From positions 1 through 50,558 of IMG/VR virus record IMGVR_UViG_3300030392_001100: a stretch of DNA of 50,558 nt. One strand, written 5' to 3'. Every line of letters starts with the position of its first letter. Position 1 is the stretch's first letter. Made by a program: the position numbers and the translations under genes. The notes under the pieces are model-generated. The model made no database searches and had not been told where the DNA came from. It worked only from the letters and a program-made list of their open reading frames with translations. This document shows positions 42,301 through 50,558 of this stretch, piece by piece. The DNA is from a virus (lineage: Duplodnaviria; Caudoviricetes).

Positions 42301-43236
42301 CTATGAGAATTGAGTGCGAAGCCGCTTGGCCGCCTCTGGGTTGTCCCGAAGCCAATTGACAATTGCGCCTGCACCTCGGCGCCGGACCTCGTTCGGGATG
42401 TTGTCACTCGCCGGTGACCCGCTGGTCGTCTTGCGAGCGACTCTGCGGGCCGACTTGGCGCGGGCAGCAGTCTCCTGCTGTGCTCGTGCCTGCTCCTTGG
42501 CAAGCACTCTCCGGGCCTTGACGAGTTGAAAAGCGTCTTCAGTCGATATGCGCTGGTCTGTGTCCCATCGTTGCTTGACGACGCCCACGACCTCTTTCTT
42601 GAATGAAGGGCTGCGCATCTCAGGATGATCGGCAACGAAGTCCATCAGCGCGGATTGCCGATGATTCATGTCCGCTGCCTGGTTCATCGGCTCCAGAACC
42701 TTCCGCAGCCCATCCGCAACCCGCTGCTCCACCATGGCGTTGAGGCCTTCTGGCGTGTACGGATCAATCGGAGACTCGGACTTCTCCGGGTTCAGCAACT
42801 TCTGAATATCCGGGTCATTCGTGACTGCAGAAATCTCGGCCTGGCGACGAGCGAAATCCCGCTCCAGCTTTCCGAGGTTCTCCATGCGGCCCGCAATGTC
42901 ACGCTCTTTGTCTTCCAGCTTGCGATCAAGTTCCTGCTCGCGGATCTTGTATGCGTTGCGGAAATTGTGAAGCATCCGCTTTGCGGTCGTGGGCAGTTCC
43001 TTGATGTGATCTTCATTCAGATCTTTGTAGAAACCGTCCAGCTTCAACTCATCGTCACCAATATCTGACGTGAGCGGGTTGAATGCGACCTGCTCGACGA
43101 TTTCTGGAATGGCCTCTGCGGGTTCCGCAGAAACAGGCGCCTCTGCCACGAGCCCGGCAAGGTCCTCTGCGGACTCCTGCTGTGCCCCTTCCGGTGCCTC
43201 TACAGATTCGCTCTCAACGGAAACATCGGTCTCCAC
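42301..43236 (-). CDS. Capsid scaffolding protein
   Basis: Acidic N-terminus, coiled coil, basic C-terminus; directly upstream of the MCP. Confidence 0.75.
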   Translation of the reverse strand: METDVSVESESVEAPEGAQQESAEDLAGLVAEAPVSAEPAEAIPEIVEQVAFNPLTSDIGDDELKLDGFYKDLNEDHIKELPTTAKRMLHNFRNAYKIREQELDRKLEDKERDIAGRMENLGKLERDFARRQAEISAVTNDPDIQKLLNPEKSESPIDPYTPEGLNAMVEQRVADGLRKVLEPMNQAADMNHRQSALMDFVADHPEMRSPSFKKEVVGVVKQRWDTDQRISTEDAFQLVKARRVLAKEQARAQQETAARAKSARRVARKTTSGSPASDNIPNEVRRRGAGAIVNWLRDNPEAAKRLRTQFS

Positions 43237-43258
43237 TCATCACCTCACGACTTTCGGA

Positions 43259-43288
43259 AATCTACCACCTTGAGCACAGTCTGCGCAA
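43259..43288 (-). promoter_or_regulatory. Sigma70-type promoter TTGCGC-N18-TAGATT with TG extension, upstream of scaffold/MCP
   Basis: -35 at 43288-43283, TGG then TAGATT at 43264-43259; predicted +1 is A at 43252. Confidence 0.55.
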
Positions 43289-43975
43289 CTACTCCATGCC
43301 CGCTGCAAGAATCTCATCCTCTTCAGTCATTGCCCCTGGTTGCGGAGGAGGCAACTCCTCCTCACCTTCAGCCCCACCAACAGGCTGAGACATAACCTCA
43401 ACAAGCTTCTTGTCTCCCGACATCTTGGACAACTGTCCAGAAAGCTTCCGAAGCGCAGCGTCATCCGTCAGGGTCAGCGGATCAAACCCATATTTCTCGC
43501 CAACCTCTGGGTCCGGAATCATCTTGAGCGCCTCATTGAGCGCATAAACCGGCACAAAAATCTCAGGTGGTAGCGGAAGATTCCACTTTGCACCCTTCTC
43601 CGCCTCGAGATTCGGCTCGACATCCGGGAGATCTCCACCGCCAAGCGCATCGACGGCCTCGTTGAACTCCTTGGCGAGCGTCTCGATGGCCTTCTTGCTG
43701 TAGGGCTTGCTGGGCTGAGGAGCCATTGCGGCCACGTTCTCAACACGAAGCGCGCCCTCCTGGCCCTCTGCGTCCATCACTCCTTCCGGTGAAGGTGGCG
43801 CACCAACTTCAGGCCCGGGTGCAGGGGGAGCGGGCGCTCCCTCCGGGCCCACTGGAGGTGCGCCACCAGAACCTTCTGCCGCAGCATACGCTTCCGGATT
43901 GGCCGCCATGGCCTCTTCGTATCCAGGCTCTCCAGGGTAGGGGAGGGGCTGTCCAGTTCTGGGGTCAACGGGCAT
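43289..43975 (-). CDS. Hypothetical acidic Pro-rich head-module protein
   Basis: 228 aa, AGGAG SD, between the zinc-ribbon gene and the scaffold. Confidence 0.75.
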   Translation of the reverse strand: MPVDPRTGQPLPYPGEPGYEEAMAANPEAYAAAEGSGGAPPVGPEGAPAPPAPGPEVGAPPSPEGVMDAEGQEGALRVENVAAMAPQPSKPYSKKAIETLAKEFNEAVDALGGGDLPDVEPNLEAEKGAKWNLPLPPEIFVPVYALNEALKMIPDPEVGEKYGFDPLTLTDDAALRKLSGQLSKMSGDKKLVEVMSQPVGGAEGEEELPPPQPGAMTEEDEILAAGME

Positions 43976-43991
43976 GTGATGCTCCTGCGGT

Positions 43992-44585
43992 TCAGATTAA
44001 ACCTTGGTCTCGCTCTTTACGATAACTCGCGAAGGCGGGATCGTTGTCGAGTTGGTTGCAATAATCTTTGTATGCTTGCTCATCTTTTTTGTCTTCGTCA
44101 TCCCACTTGCGGAGATGGCTGTCAACATCCCAGTCTCCATCGACCGGTGTAAGGCCACGACGCTTGCACACCTCTCTGCGGTGTGACTTGGATTTAAGCC
44201 ACATACCAAGACCACGATCAAAGTAGGGGAAGGCCTCGCTAAAGCGGTCAATTCGCACTGACGGAACCCATCGTACATTGCTGGAACCGCATTCGGAGCA
44301 TTCGCGTTCATCGCTTGGTGACTCATTGTCTCCGAAATCGACAATGTCATCAAACTTATGAGAACAATCACCACAGACAAACGAGTGCATCGACATGCCG
44401 CCGAACGCCGTATTGCGCGCTGGGGCCGGGACGAAACACTTGTCTGTGTATTTTGAAACCGAAATCGTGTACCGAGCCTTGTGGCTACAGTCGCTGCAGT
44501 CAATCTCATCTGGGCGAGTGGATGCTGAGAACAGCCTGTCCTTTGACAGCCCACAGTTCTCACAACTGTACTCATACAGGGGCAC
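43992..44585 (-). CDS. Double FmdB-type zinc-ribbon protein
   Basis: MPLYEYSCENCG...CSDC and HSFVCGDCSHKFD...CSECGS. Confidence 0.8.
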   Translation of the reverse strand: MPLYEYSCENCGLSKDRLFSASTRPDEIDCSDCSHKARYTISVSKYTDKCFVPAPARNTAFGGMSMHSFVCGDCSHKFDDIVDFGDNESPSDERECSECGSSNVRWVPSVRIDRFSEAFPYFDRGLGMWLKSKSHRREVCKRRGLTPVDGDWDVDSHLRKWDDEDKKDEQAYKDYCNQLDNDPAFASYRKERDQGLI

Positions 44586-47106
44586 TTAGGACTCCAGTTA
44601 AGATCTCCTCGATTGCTGCCATCTGCTGCTCTGGCGGTAGCATTCGGATCTCCGCGATCACCTGCAGCATCTCCGGGTTGCTGGCAAACAGAGACTCCAG
44701 CATGGCAAGCGCCTCCTCTGGGGGCATCTGCAGGATCTCCGCAAGCAACTGCTCAAGCTCTTGCGCTCCACCTCCAGCAGGCATCGCCCCTGCCGGCGCT
44801 GGCGGCGCTGGCGGCGGCATAGCCATCTCCGCACCAGGTGGTGGGGCCTGAATGCCTGGCTGCCCTGGAACACCCATGGGTGGTCCCTCTGGAGCACCTG
44901 GCGCACCTGGAGCACCAATCGGCGGACCAACCGGTGGGCCGGGCGGTGGGCCGGGCGGTGGGCCAACCGCTGGGCCAGCCGGGGCTGCTCCTGGAGCCGG
45001 CGCCCCACCAGGGGTGGCCTGAGCCTCTTCTGTGGCCTTCTCCTCCGCCTCCTGCTGGCGCTCTTCTGCCTGAACTTCAAGCTCATCAGGATGTAGGTCT
45101 CTGGGCATGTCGAAGCGCTCAGCGATGACCTTCAGGTAGTTCCTGGCGAGCGTTCCAATCGGATCTGGGTTCTGTGCAGCCTCCCAGAGAGCCGCGTAGG
45201 GCTGCATCAGACCAACGAGGTTCTGCTGCATTGCGGCATCGTTCACCGGGGTACGGCCACCCTCCACAAAGTTGATCTCGAAGTCCGCGTCCAGATCAAA
45301 CGGGTGGATATCAATGAACTCGTTCCGGTTGCGAAGCTTCAGCGCTGCGTAGCTGATCTCGGCCTGCTTCTCGCCAGTGATCTCTGAGCCAAGCTCTGGC
45401 GTCAGATCGTCGTCCGTCATCGCCGTCTGCTTGCCGGTAATCTTGGAGATCATGTCCATCATCTTGGACTTGACCGTCTGCTTGCTGGCTCCAGGCTCAG
45501 GAGCCTCTTCAGCCTCTTCAGTCTCTTCAGCCTCCTCAGTCTCTTCAGCCTCCTCCATCTCGGATTCAGGAGACTTCTCATCGCCTTCGATAACCTTGGG
45601 CGCGGGATCGACGCGATCCTCGTCCTTGACCTCGTTGTCCTCATCAGGCTCAGCGCCAACTTCGGCAAGCTTGAGATCAGTCTCTTCCGCGTAGGCCCCA
45701 GCAGAATCACCGAGATCCTGCATGGCAGACATGATCGCCCGCAGAACAACGCGAATCAGTTCGGAGAGCCACTCGTCTTTGACGAGACCGTGCATTCCAA
45801 ACTCAGACTCAGTGTATTGCTGTACAGTCTGAACCTCGAAAGCCGTTGCCTTTGTGATCTCTCCACGGGCCTGCGGGCTGCCACCAATGACACGCTCGAG
45901 ATCGTTTTCAACCAACGCCATGTGGTTTTGGATGTTGGCCGTCAGTGGACCGTTTACAACGGGGCGAATGGCGTCATCGAGCGGACGCTCGAAGTCAGAA
46001 CTGACCTCAAGCACCAGCCCGTCCTGACCCTCCGTCAGCCCGGTCAACTCTTCCGCGTTGAACGTGCCCTTCCGAGTAATGTACTGCCGCGTGTCTTTTC
46101 GCGTGGCCATGGCCATAAACGAACGGTACGAGTTCAACTCGCGGACCTGCGGCAAGATCCGTGCAGAGTGTGCAATCCCTCGCAGCGGGAACTCAGGTTC
46201 TGTATTGAAGATCAGCGGCACAACATGCGCCATCGGCCGCCCATCAGGACGAGCAAACGGCAGCGGGCCCACAAAGACTGGCTTGTTGGACACAGCGCCC
46301 TGGCCCAGCACGTAGATCTCGAGCCGACCCTGGTACTGAATGCTTGAGTCACCCTCGTCCCGGATGGTGTCCTTCAGGTTGCAGATCTCAAGGACACGAA
46401 CAAACGCCTCGTTGTCGCTCTCTGCACGCTCTGAGTAATTCGCTCTCTGCTTGGACTTGTTGTCCGAGAGCCGCCCAGACAGAAAATCCTCACGCCCAAT
46501 ACCCGTGAGGTTCTCCAGGCCGTACTCTTCCTCGACCTCGTGCTTGCTTCTGTAGTAGACATGCCCACGAAAGCGCTCATCTTCGGCATCACCGACGTCC
46601 GCATCCAGCACCATCTCCCACCAGGGGATGACGCGGACCCAAACACGGTCCAAAGCCGAGCCACGGCCCGGATGGTAGCCAACTTTTGCCCCTGAGCCCG
46701 GATATAGCAGCGATTGGCGCAGCGCAGACGTGATTCGCTGATGGATCCGTCTACTTCCCAGCCAACTGTTCGCCACAAGCTCCGCTTTCTCGGGATCTCC
46801 GGTTCCTGCGGCGTCGGGAGAGATAACTGCACGCGCCGCGCGCGGATAGAGCGCCGAGAGGTACGACGAGAGCATTCCCCAGAGGCGATTGACCTCAATA
46901 TCGATGTCGTGGGTCTTGTTGGAGTACGAGGAGACCGGATTTCCGCGCATATGACGCCAGTACTGCGTCATGTACGATGCTTTCGCTAGCGCCCAGTCCT
47001 CTCGGCCGCCACGCATGCGTCTATCGTGCGCCCGAACGTGCTCGAGGACGATCTTCGGGGTGATTTCATCCCGTTCCCCATCAATGATCGCGTCAATATC
47101 CTGCAT
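44572..47106 (-). CDS. Portal protein with acidic insert and Pro/Gly-rich C-terminal extension
   Basis: Follows TerL; VNRLWG, PGSGAKVGY, IPWWEMVLD, PLRGIA, KATAFEV podovirus-portal-like motifs. Confidence 0.8.
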   Translation of the reverse strand: MQDIDAIIDGERDEITPKIVLEHVRAHDRRMRGGREDWALAKASYMTQYWRHMRGNPVSSYSNKTHDIDIEVNRLWGMLSSYLSALYPRAARAVISPDAAGTGDPEKAELVANSWLGSRRIHQRITSALRQSLLYPGSGAKVGYHPGRGSALDRVWVRVIPWWEMVLDADVGDAEDERFRGHVYYRSKHEVEEEYGLENLTGIGREDFLSGRLSDNKSKQRANYSERAESDNEAFVRVLEICNLKDTIRDEGDSSIQYQGRLEIYVLGQGAVSNKPVFVGPLPFARPDGRPMAHVVPLIFNTEPEFPLRGIAHSARILPQVRELNSYRSFMAMATRKDTRQYITRKGTFNAEELTGLTEGQDGLVLEVSSDFERPLDDAIRPVVNGPLTANIQNHMALVENDLERVIGGSPQARGEITKATAFEVQTVQQYTESEFGMHGLVKDEWLSELIRVVLRAIMSAMQDLGDSAGAYAEETDLKLAEVGAEPDEDNEVKDEDRVDPAPKVIEGDEKSPESEMEEAEETEEAEETEEAEEAPEPGASKQTVKSKMMDMISKITGKQTAMTDDDLTPELGSEITGEKQAEISYAALKLRNRNEFIDIHPFDLDADFEINFVEGGRTPVNDAAMQQNLVGLMQPYAALWEAAQNPDPIGTLARNYLKVIAERFDMPRDLHPDELEVQAEERQQEAEEKATEEAQATPGGAPAPGAAPAGPAVGPPPGPPPGPPVGPPIGAPGAPGAPEGPPMGVPGQPGIQAPPPGAEMAMPPPAPPAPAGAMPAGGGAQELEQLLAEILQMPPEEALAMLESLFASNPEMLQVIAEIRMLPPEQQMAAIEEILTGVLSAPV
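45503..45556. repeat. Coding 18-bp tandem repeat (EEAEET units) in the portal
   Basis: agcctcttcagcctcttcagtctcttcagcctcctcagtctcttcagcctcctc. Confidence 0.75.
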
Positions 47107-47109
47107 GTT

Positions 47110-48675
47110 CTACTGCAAGCCCTGAGTGTTCGTGAGAAACGGATTCCTGCGAGCCCTATAACGTCGTCTGCTCCGGCGTATCGGAGCTTCTGCTCTCGGT
47201 AGTGTACGACGATTCCATTCAGCAAGCATCAAGGCATCCGAATGATCATCATGATAACCGTCCTGGCCCTCGATCTTGCCGTTTGATTCGCGGATGTGCA
47301 TAAGCTCCTGCACGGTAGCCATATCGTTCAAAGTCAGGGCATCACCGTTTACCATCTGGCGCAAATGAGCATAACCTTGCTCCTTGCTTCCGCGACTGGT
47401 TGTCCAATACTTCGGTGTCGCCAGAGCCTTCTGGCCGGGCTTTGCTGGCTTTATCCACAGGGGAATGCCCGCCTTCGAGAACTCGCGCAGACCTACGATT
47501 CCTGCACCCCCAGGGTTGCTCTCAACCAGGGTCTTGGCCTTGTTGAAGTGTCTAGCTAGCTCAATGGCCTTCTCAAAGAACAAAAGCTCACCGCCACGGT
47601 TTGTGGACAGTGTCGCCACCTGCCTCCCGTCGTGGCTTATGACCTGGGCCACAGCAAAGTCCCCCCCATTGCACCAGGACGGGTCCACGCCCATCGCATA
47701 GGTCATTCCGGGTACCGGGCGCTCATGGATGCGCAACTCGGACTCAGAGGGCCCCAGAGAGCTTAGAAGCTCATTTAGATAGTCCGTGTCGAACCAGGCC
47801 CCATCGAAGATGGAGAAGCCGTCCTCGATGGTTAGCGGGTACTCTCGGCGGAATCTGTGAAGCCCAACACCATTGACTCCATGGATCTTCTCGTGGCGCC
47901 AGTAAAGCTGCGGAATGGTCAGGCCATGCGCTTGGGCTATCTCCCACTCCTCCTGGTCCGGCTCCCAGCCTTCTGGCGGGTTGGAAGCGTAGGCCTCGTG
48001 GTCCGACCACTTAAAGAAGCGGAACCGAATGCTCTCATCGTTACTGCGTTGCGCCTCAAGCGCTGCCATGACCTTGGTGTGAAACAGATTCCCAGGACCA
48101 TTGGCTGTAGACAGAATGATGACTTTGCGGTGCGGGCCTGGGTGCATCGTTGATGTAATAGATGCCCAGACATCCTCGGCTGACGGCCAGTACGCCAACT
48201 CATCTGCGTGCAGGCGCTGGTACGTCCATGCGCGACCCTCGCTTCGACCGCCTGCCGTCAGACACCGAAAGCCCGCCTGGGTGTCTGAAAAGATCAACTC
48301 TTTGCGGTTTGACCTCGACGTGTCGCGCCTCAGCATCCTTGGTAGGCTCTCGTTGTAATGGCGCAGCTTCTCGAAAATGCTGGTTGTAGCTTCATAATCA
48401 TGGGCTACCACCAGGCACCGCACAGGATCTGGCGTCCAGTACAGGTACTGAAAGTTGTACGCCGCAGCAACAGTGGTGTCCCCAATCTGGCGCGGCTTGT
48501 AGTGAACGATGGTCTCGGCAGGGGACAAGAAGTCCGACATCGCTGAGACCTGCTCGTCGAATGGGCTATCGAAATTCCGGTTCTGGCCCTTCTCGTCGAT
48601 GATCTTCAGCCGAGAAACAAACTCGTGCGGATCGTCCCCCAGGCTCAGAACCCGCTTCTGCAAGCGGTGGTCCAT
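47110..48675 (-). CDS. terL: Terminase large subunit
   Basis: KPRQIGDTT Walker A, LHADE Walker B, ILSTANG, MGVDPS and HDDHSDA RNase H-like nuclease motifs. Confidence 0.92.
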   Translation of the reverse strand: MDHRLQKRVLSLGDDPHEFVSRLKIIDEKGQNRNFDSPFDEQVSAMSDFLSPAETIVHYKPRQIGDTTVAAAYNFQYLYWTPDPVRCLVVAHDYEATTSIFEKLRHYNESLPRMLRRDTSRSNRKELIFSDTQAGFRCLTAGGRSEGRAWTYQRLHADELAYWPSAEDVWASITSTMHPGPHRKVIILSTANGPGNLFHTKVMAALEAQRSNDESIRFRFFKWSDHEAYASNPPEGWEPDQEEWEIAQAHGLTIPQLYWRHEKIHGVNGVGLHRFRREYPLTIEDGFSIFDGAWFDTDYLNELLSSLGPSESELRIHERPVPGMTYAMGVDPSWCNGGDFAVAQVISHDGRQVATLSTNRGGELLFFEKAIELARHFNKAKTLVESNPGGAGIVGLREFSKAGIPLWIKPAKPGQKALATPKYWTTSRGSKEQGYAHLRQMVNGDALTLNDMATVQELMHIRESNGKIEGQDGYHDDHSDALMLAEWNRRTLPRAEAPIRRSRRRYRARRNPFLTNTQGLQ

Positions 48676-48678
48676 TCA

Positions 48679-49161
48679 TCACGCCTCTGCCGCCGGTGTC
48701 CGCCATCTCGAGCCACCCGTTTCGTTCAGGTAACTGCGAAGCTCGCGGGTCTCCTCACGATCTTGCTTGCGTTGCTCGCCCTTGAATCTGACGTTCGCGT
48801 ACAGCTTGTATGCCCAGTCCTTGTCGTTCTGCATGCCCTTGACGACACCATCGGTCCACAGCGAGTCCAGGAGCGTGTGCTCCTCCTTGCTCATGGGCGC
48901 CGCCTCAGGGAAGTCTTCGTAAAACCACGCTACAAAGCTGGCATCCGCAGACCACCGATTCCAGTCAGAGAGGGCAACCCCGTCCTTGAACCGCCCATCA
49001 CGGCGCGAGTTCTTGAACCACTGCTTTTTCATCAAGACGCCATCGTCTACTTGCTCGCGAACAAATCTACGAAACGTGATCTGAAGCTGGTTCGGTTCAT
49101 AAATCCACGAGTTGGGCTCAATCCACTTCTCGTATCCCTCTGGAACCTTCGGATCAGACAT
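48679..49161 (-). CDS. Putative terminase small subunit
   Basis: 160 aa directly upstream of TerL; helical, with WNRWSADASFVAWF; mainly a positional call. Confidence 0.5.
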   Translation of the reverse strand: MSDPKVPEGYEKWIEPNSWIYEPNQLQITFRRFVREQVDDGVLMKKQWFKNSRRDGRFKDGVALSDWNRWSADASFVAWFYEDFPEAAPMSKEEHTLLDSLWTDGVVKGMQNDKDWAYKLYANVRFKGEQRKQDREETRELRSYLNETGGSRWRTPAAEA

Positions 49162-49163
49162 GA

Positions 49164-49913
49164 TCAGTACTCCTCCCCAGTGGTCTCTTCTCTGAGTTCT
49201 AGCCCCATGGCTTCCGTTAGAACCGGATCTGTTTCCCAGCTATATTGTGGCTCGGGGGGCACCAGAAACTCCCCTGGGCCCCACGGCTGCGACCGCTGAA
49301 AATCTTCAGTAATCGCCTCGACCATGTCGCGTTCCTGCTCATCGAGAGCGTCCTGGTAGAGATCGAAAGCTTCGCCCTTGCGGGCTGCCTGATCCATAAG
49401 CATTCTCAGGCGCATCATCCGTCCAACCTCAGACTCAAGCACGTTCGACGACTGTTGGCCGAAGCCGTCTGGGAGTCGGCGCCGGACGTACTCGGGGGTG
49501 ACGTCGAAGTCAGAGGTAGGAACCGCTTCTGCTAGGCCTATATTACGTTCTATTTCAAGTAGGTCATTCGCCGTGAAGTAGGGGCCTGGCTCGCTTGGCT
49601 TGCCGACCGAGGTCTCGCCCTCGCCAATCCGCACGGTGAACTCAGACCCCTCGTCAGGCGGGATGATCGTCAAGCCGTCTGCGCTCACGCGAGTGATGCT
49701 GCCCTCAGGAAGCTCATCACCAATGTAGACCTCCCTGAAACTCCCGCCACCCATCGATCGGCCAATGTTGAGATCCGTCTCGATCACCGCCTTCCCGTAT
49801 TCGGTGACACCAGCAGCAGGGTCCGGCTCCGGTCGGCCATCAGCACCCGTCCTCCAGCTTTTCGGGGAGCCCGCTGGTGTCGTGCTTACGATTCGGTAGC
49901 CCCGACCCGGCAT
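49164..49913 (-). CDS. Hypothetical protein
   Basis: 249 aa, TGATG-coupled to the upstream gene. Confidence 0.65.
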   Translation of the reverse strand: MPGRGYRIVSTTPAGSPKSWRTGADGRPEPDPAAGVTEYGKAVIETDLNIGRSMGGGSFREVYIGDELPEGSITRVSADGLTIIPPDEGSEFTVRIGEGETSVGKPSEPGPYFTANDLLEIERNIGLAEAVPTSDFDVTPEYVRRRLPDGFGQQSSNVLESEVGRMMRLRMLMDQAARKGEAFDLYQDALDEQERDMVEAITEDFQRSQPWGPGEFLVPPEPQYSWETDPVLTEAMGLELREETTGEEY

Positions 49914-50308
49914 CAGGCCACCAACAGATAAACAACAACCGCCGCATCAGGGCCAGTCGTACCCGTCTTGTCGGCCTCCTTGACCACCCACTGACTAAAG
50001 CCACTCGAGAACGTAATGCCCGTCTGGGCGTTTGCGTCCGCAAACACAATCGACTGAGAACCGCCAGCCGGCACCCGAACCTTCAGATTCGGTTCCGTCG
50101 TACCAATTGTTGTCGATGTTGCGTTCGCCAGCTTGTAGTAAATCTCATGGGAGTTGGCAGAGTTGTCGATCTGGATCATCAAGAGATCCCCAGCCGCAGA
50201 TGTCACATTAGCGCTGCTGGGCGCTACATTCTGAGCAGAGGTCTCTAGCGTGTCCTTGACGAGCTTCGAGCCAAGCGCAGTGCCTACCGTCTGTACAATC
50301 GTTGCCAT
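49913..50308 (-). CDS. Small beta-rich virion protein (paralog family A)
   Basis: LGSKLVKD...NVT...LLMIQIDNSANSHEIYYKL...GTTEP; aligns by eye with 6495-6872. Confidence 0.72.
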   Translation of the reverse strand: MATIVQTVGTALGSKLVKDTLETSAQNVAPSSANVTSAAGDLLMIQIDNSANSHEIYYKLANATSTTIGTTEPNLKVRVPAGGSQSIVFADANAQTGITFSSGFSQWVVKEADKTGTTGPDAAVVVYLLVA

Positions 50309-50319
50309 CTTCTACGCTC

Positions 50320-50558
50320 CTATGATGCCACAATAGCAAGCTTGACCGCGTTGCCAGGATCGCTGCTCATCGCTTGACGCTCATCCGGCACAGCCCAGAA
50401 ACTCAGCGAAGAGAAAACCCAGCCGCCAGGAAAACTGAGGCTGACCTCACTCGACCCAGTAAGAGGGAACGTCATCGTCGGCGCGGTCGTGCCAACAACA
50501 AGGCCCGTTCCATCGTAAATCTGCAGGTAAATCGTGCCGGCATTGGCCGAGTTGTCCG
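50320..50558 (-). CDS. Partial small beta-rich virion protein (paralog family A), 5' end outside window
   Basis: Frame reads DNSANAGTIYLQIYDGTGLVVGTTAPTMTFP...FPGGWVF...NAVKLAIVAS to TAG at 50320. Confidence 0.7.
   Translation of the reverse strand, partial: DNSANAGTIYLQIYDGTGLVVGTTAPTMTFPLTGSSEVSLSFPGGWVFSSLSFWAVPDERQAMSSDPGNAVKLAIVAS

Overview
The window looks like a large part of a tailed dsDNA phage genome, probably podovirus-like; both window ends cut genes. Positions 1-4250 hold a divergent pair of HTH regulators with operator-like palindromes, then a rightward operon of YqaJ-type exonuclease, RecT, an unknown gene, SSB, a small conserved phage protein and tRNA-Asn(GTT). A ~450-nt segment (4250-4703) follows, with nested long-range G-U-containing helices on the + strand, which is a candidate unknown large ncRNA. 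From 50558 down to 4703 one minus-strand late region runs: terminase, portal, double zinc-ribbon, scaffold, major capsid, decoration protein, adaptor/nozzle-like tail proteins, ejection-protein candidates including a lytic transglycosylase, a 5371-aa polyvalent protein, small beta-rich virion proteins with several paralog sets, and a lysis cassette. The giant protein carries motifs for a JAB/MPN isopeptidase, a GHKL ATPase followed by an HExxH protease, a ParB-like domain, an HhH-GPD-like DNA glycosylase, an MPTase-type zincin and an LPD38-like C-terminus. The top leads are this giant protein (its cargo, possible self-processing and promoter/RBS hairpin) and the tRNA-linked structured RNA. All calls come from reading motifs by eye; no database searches were run.
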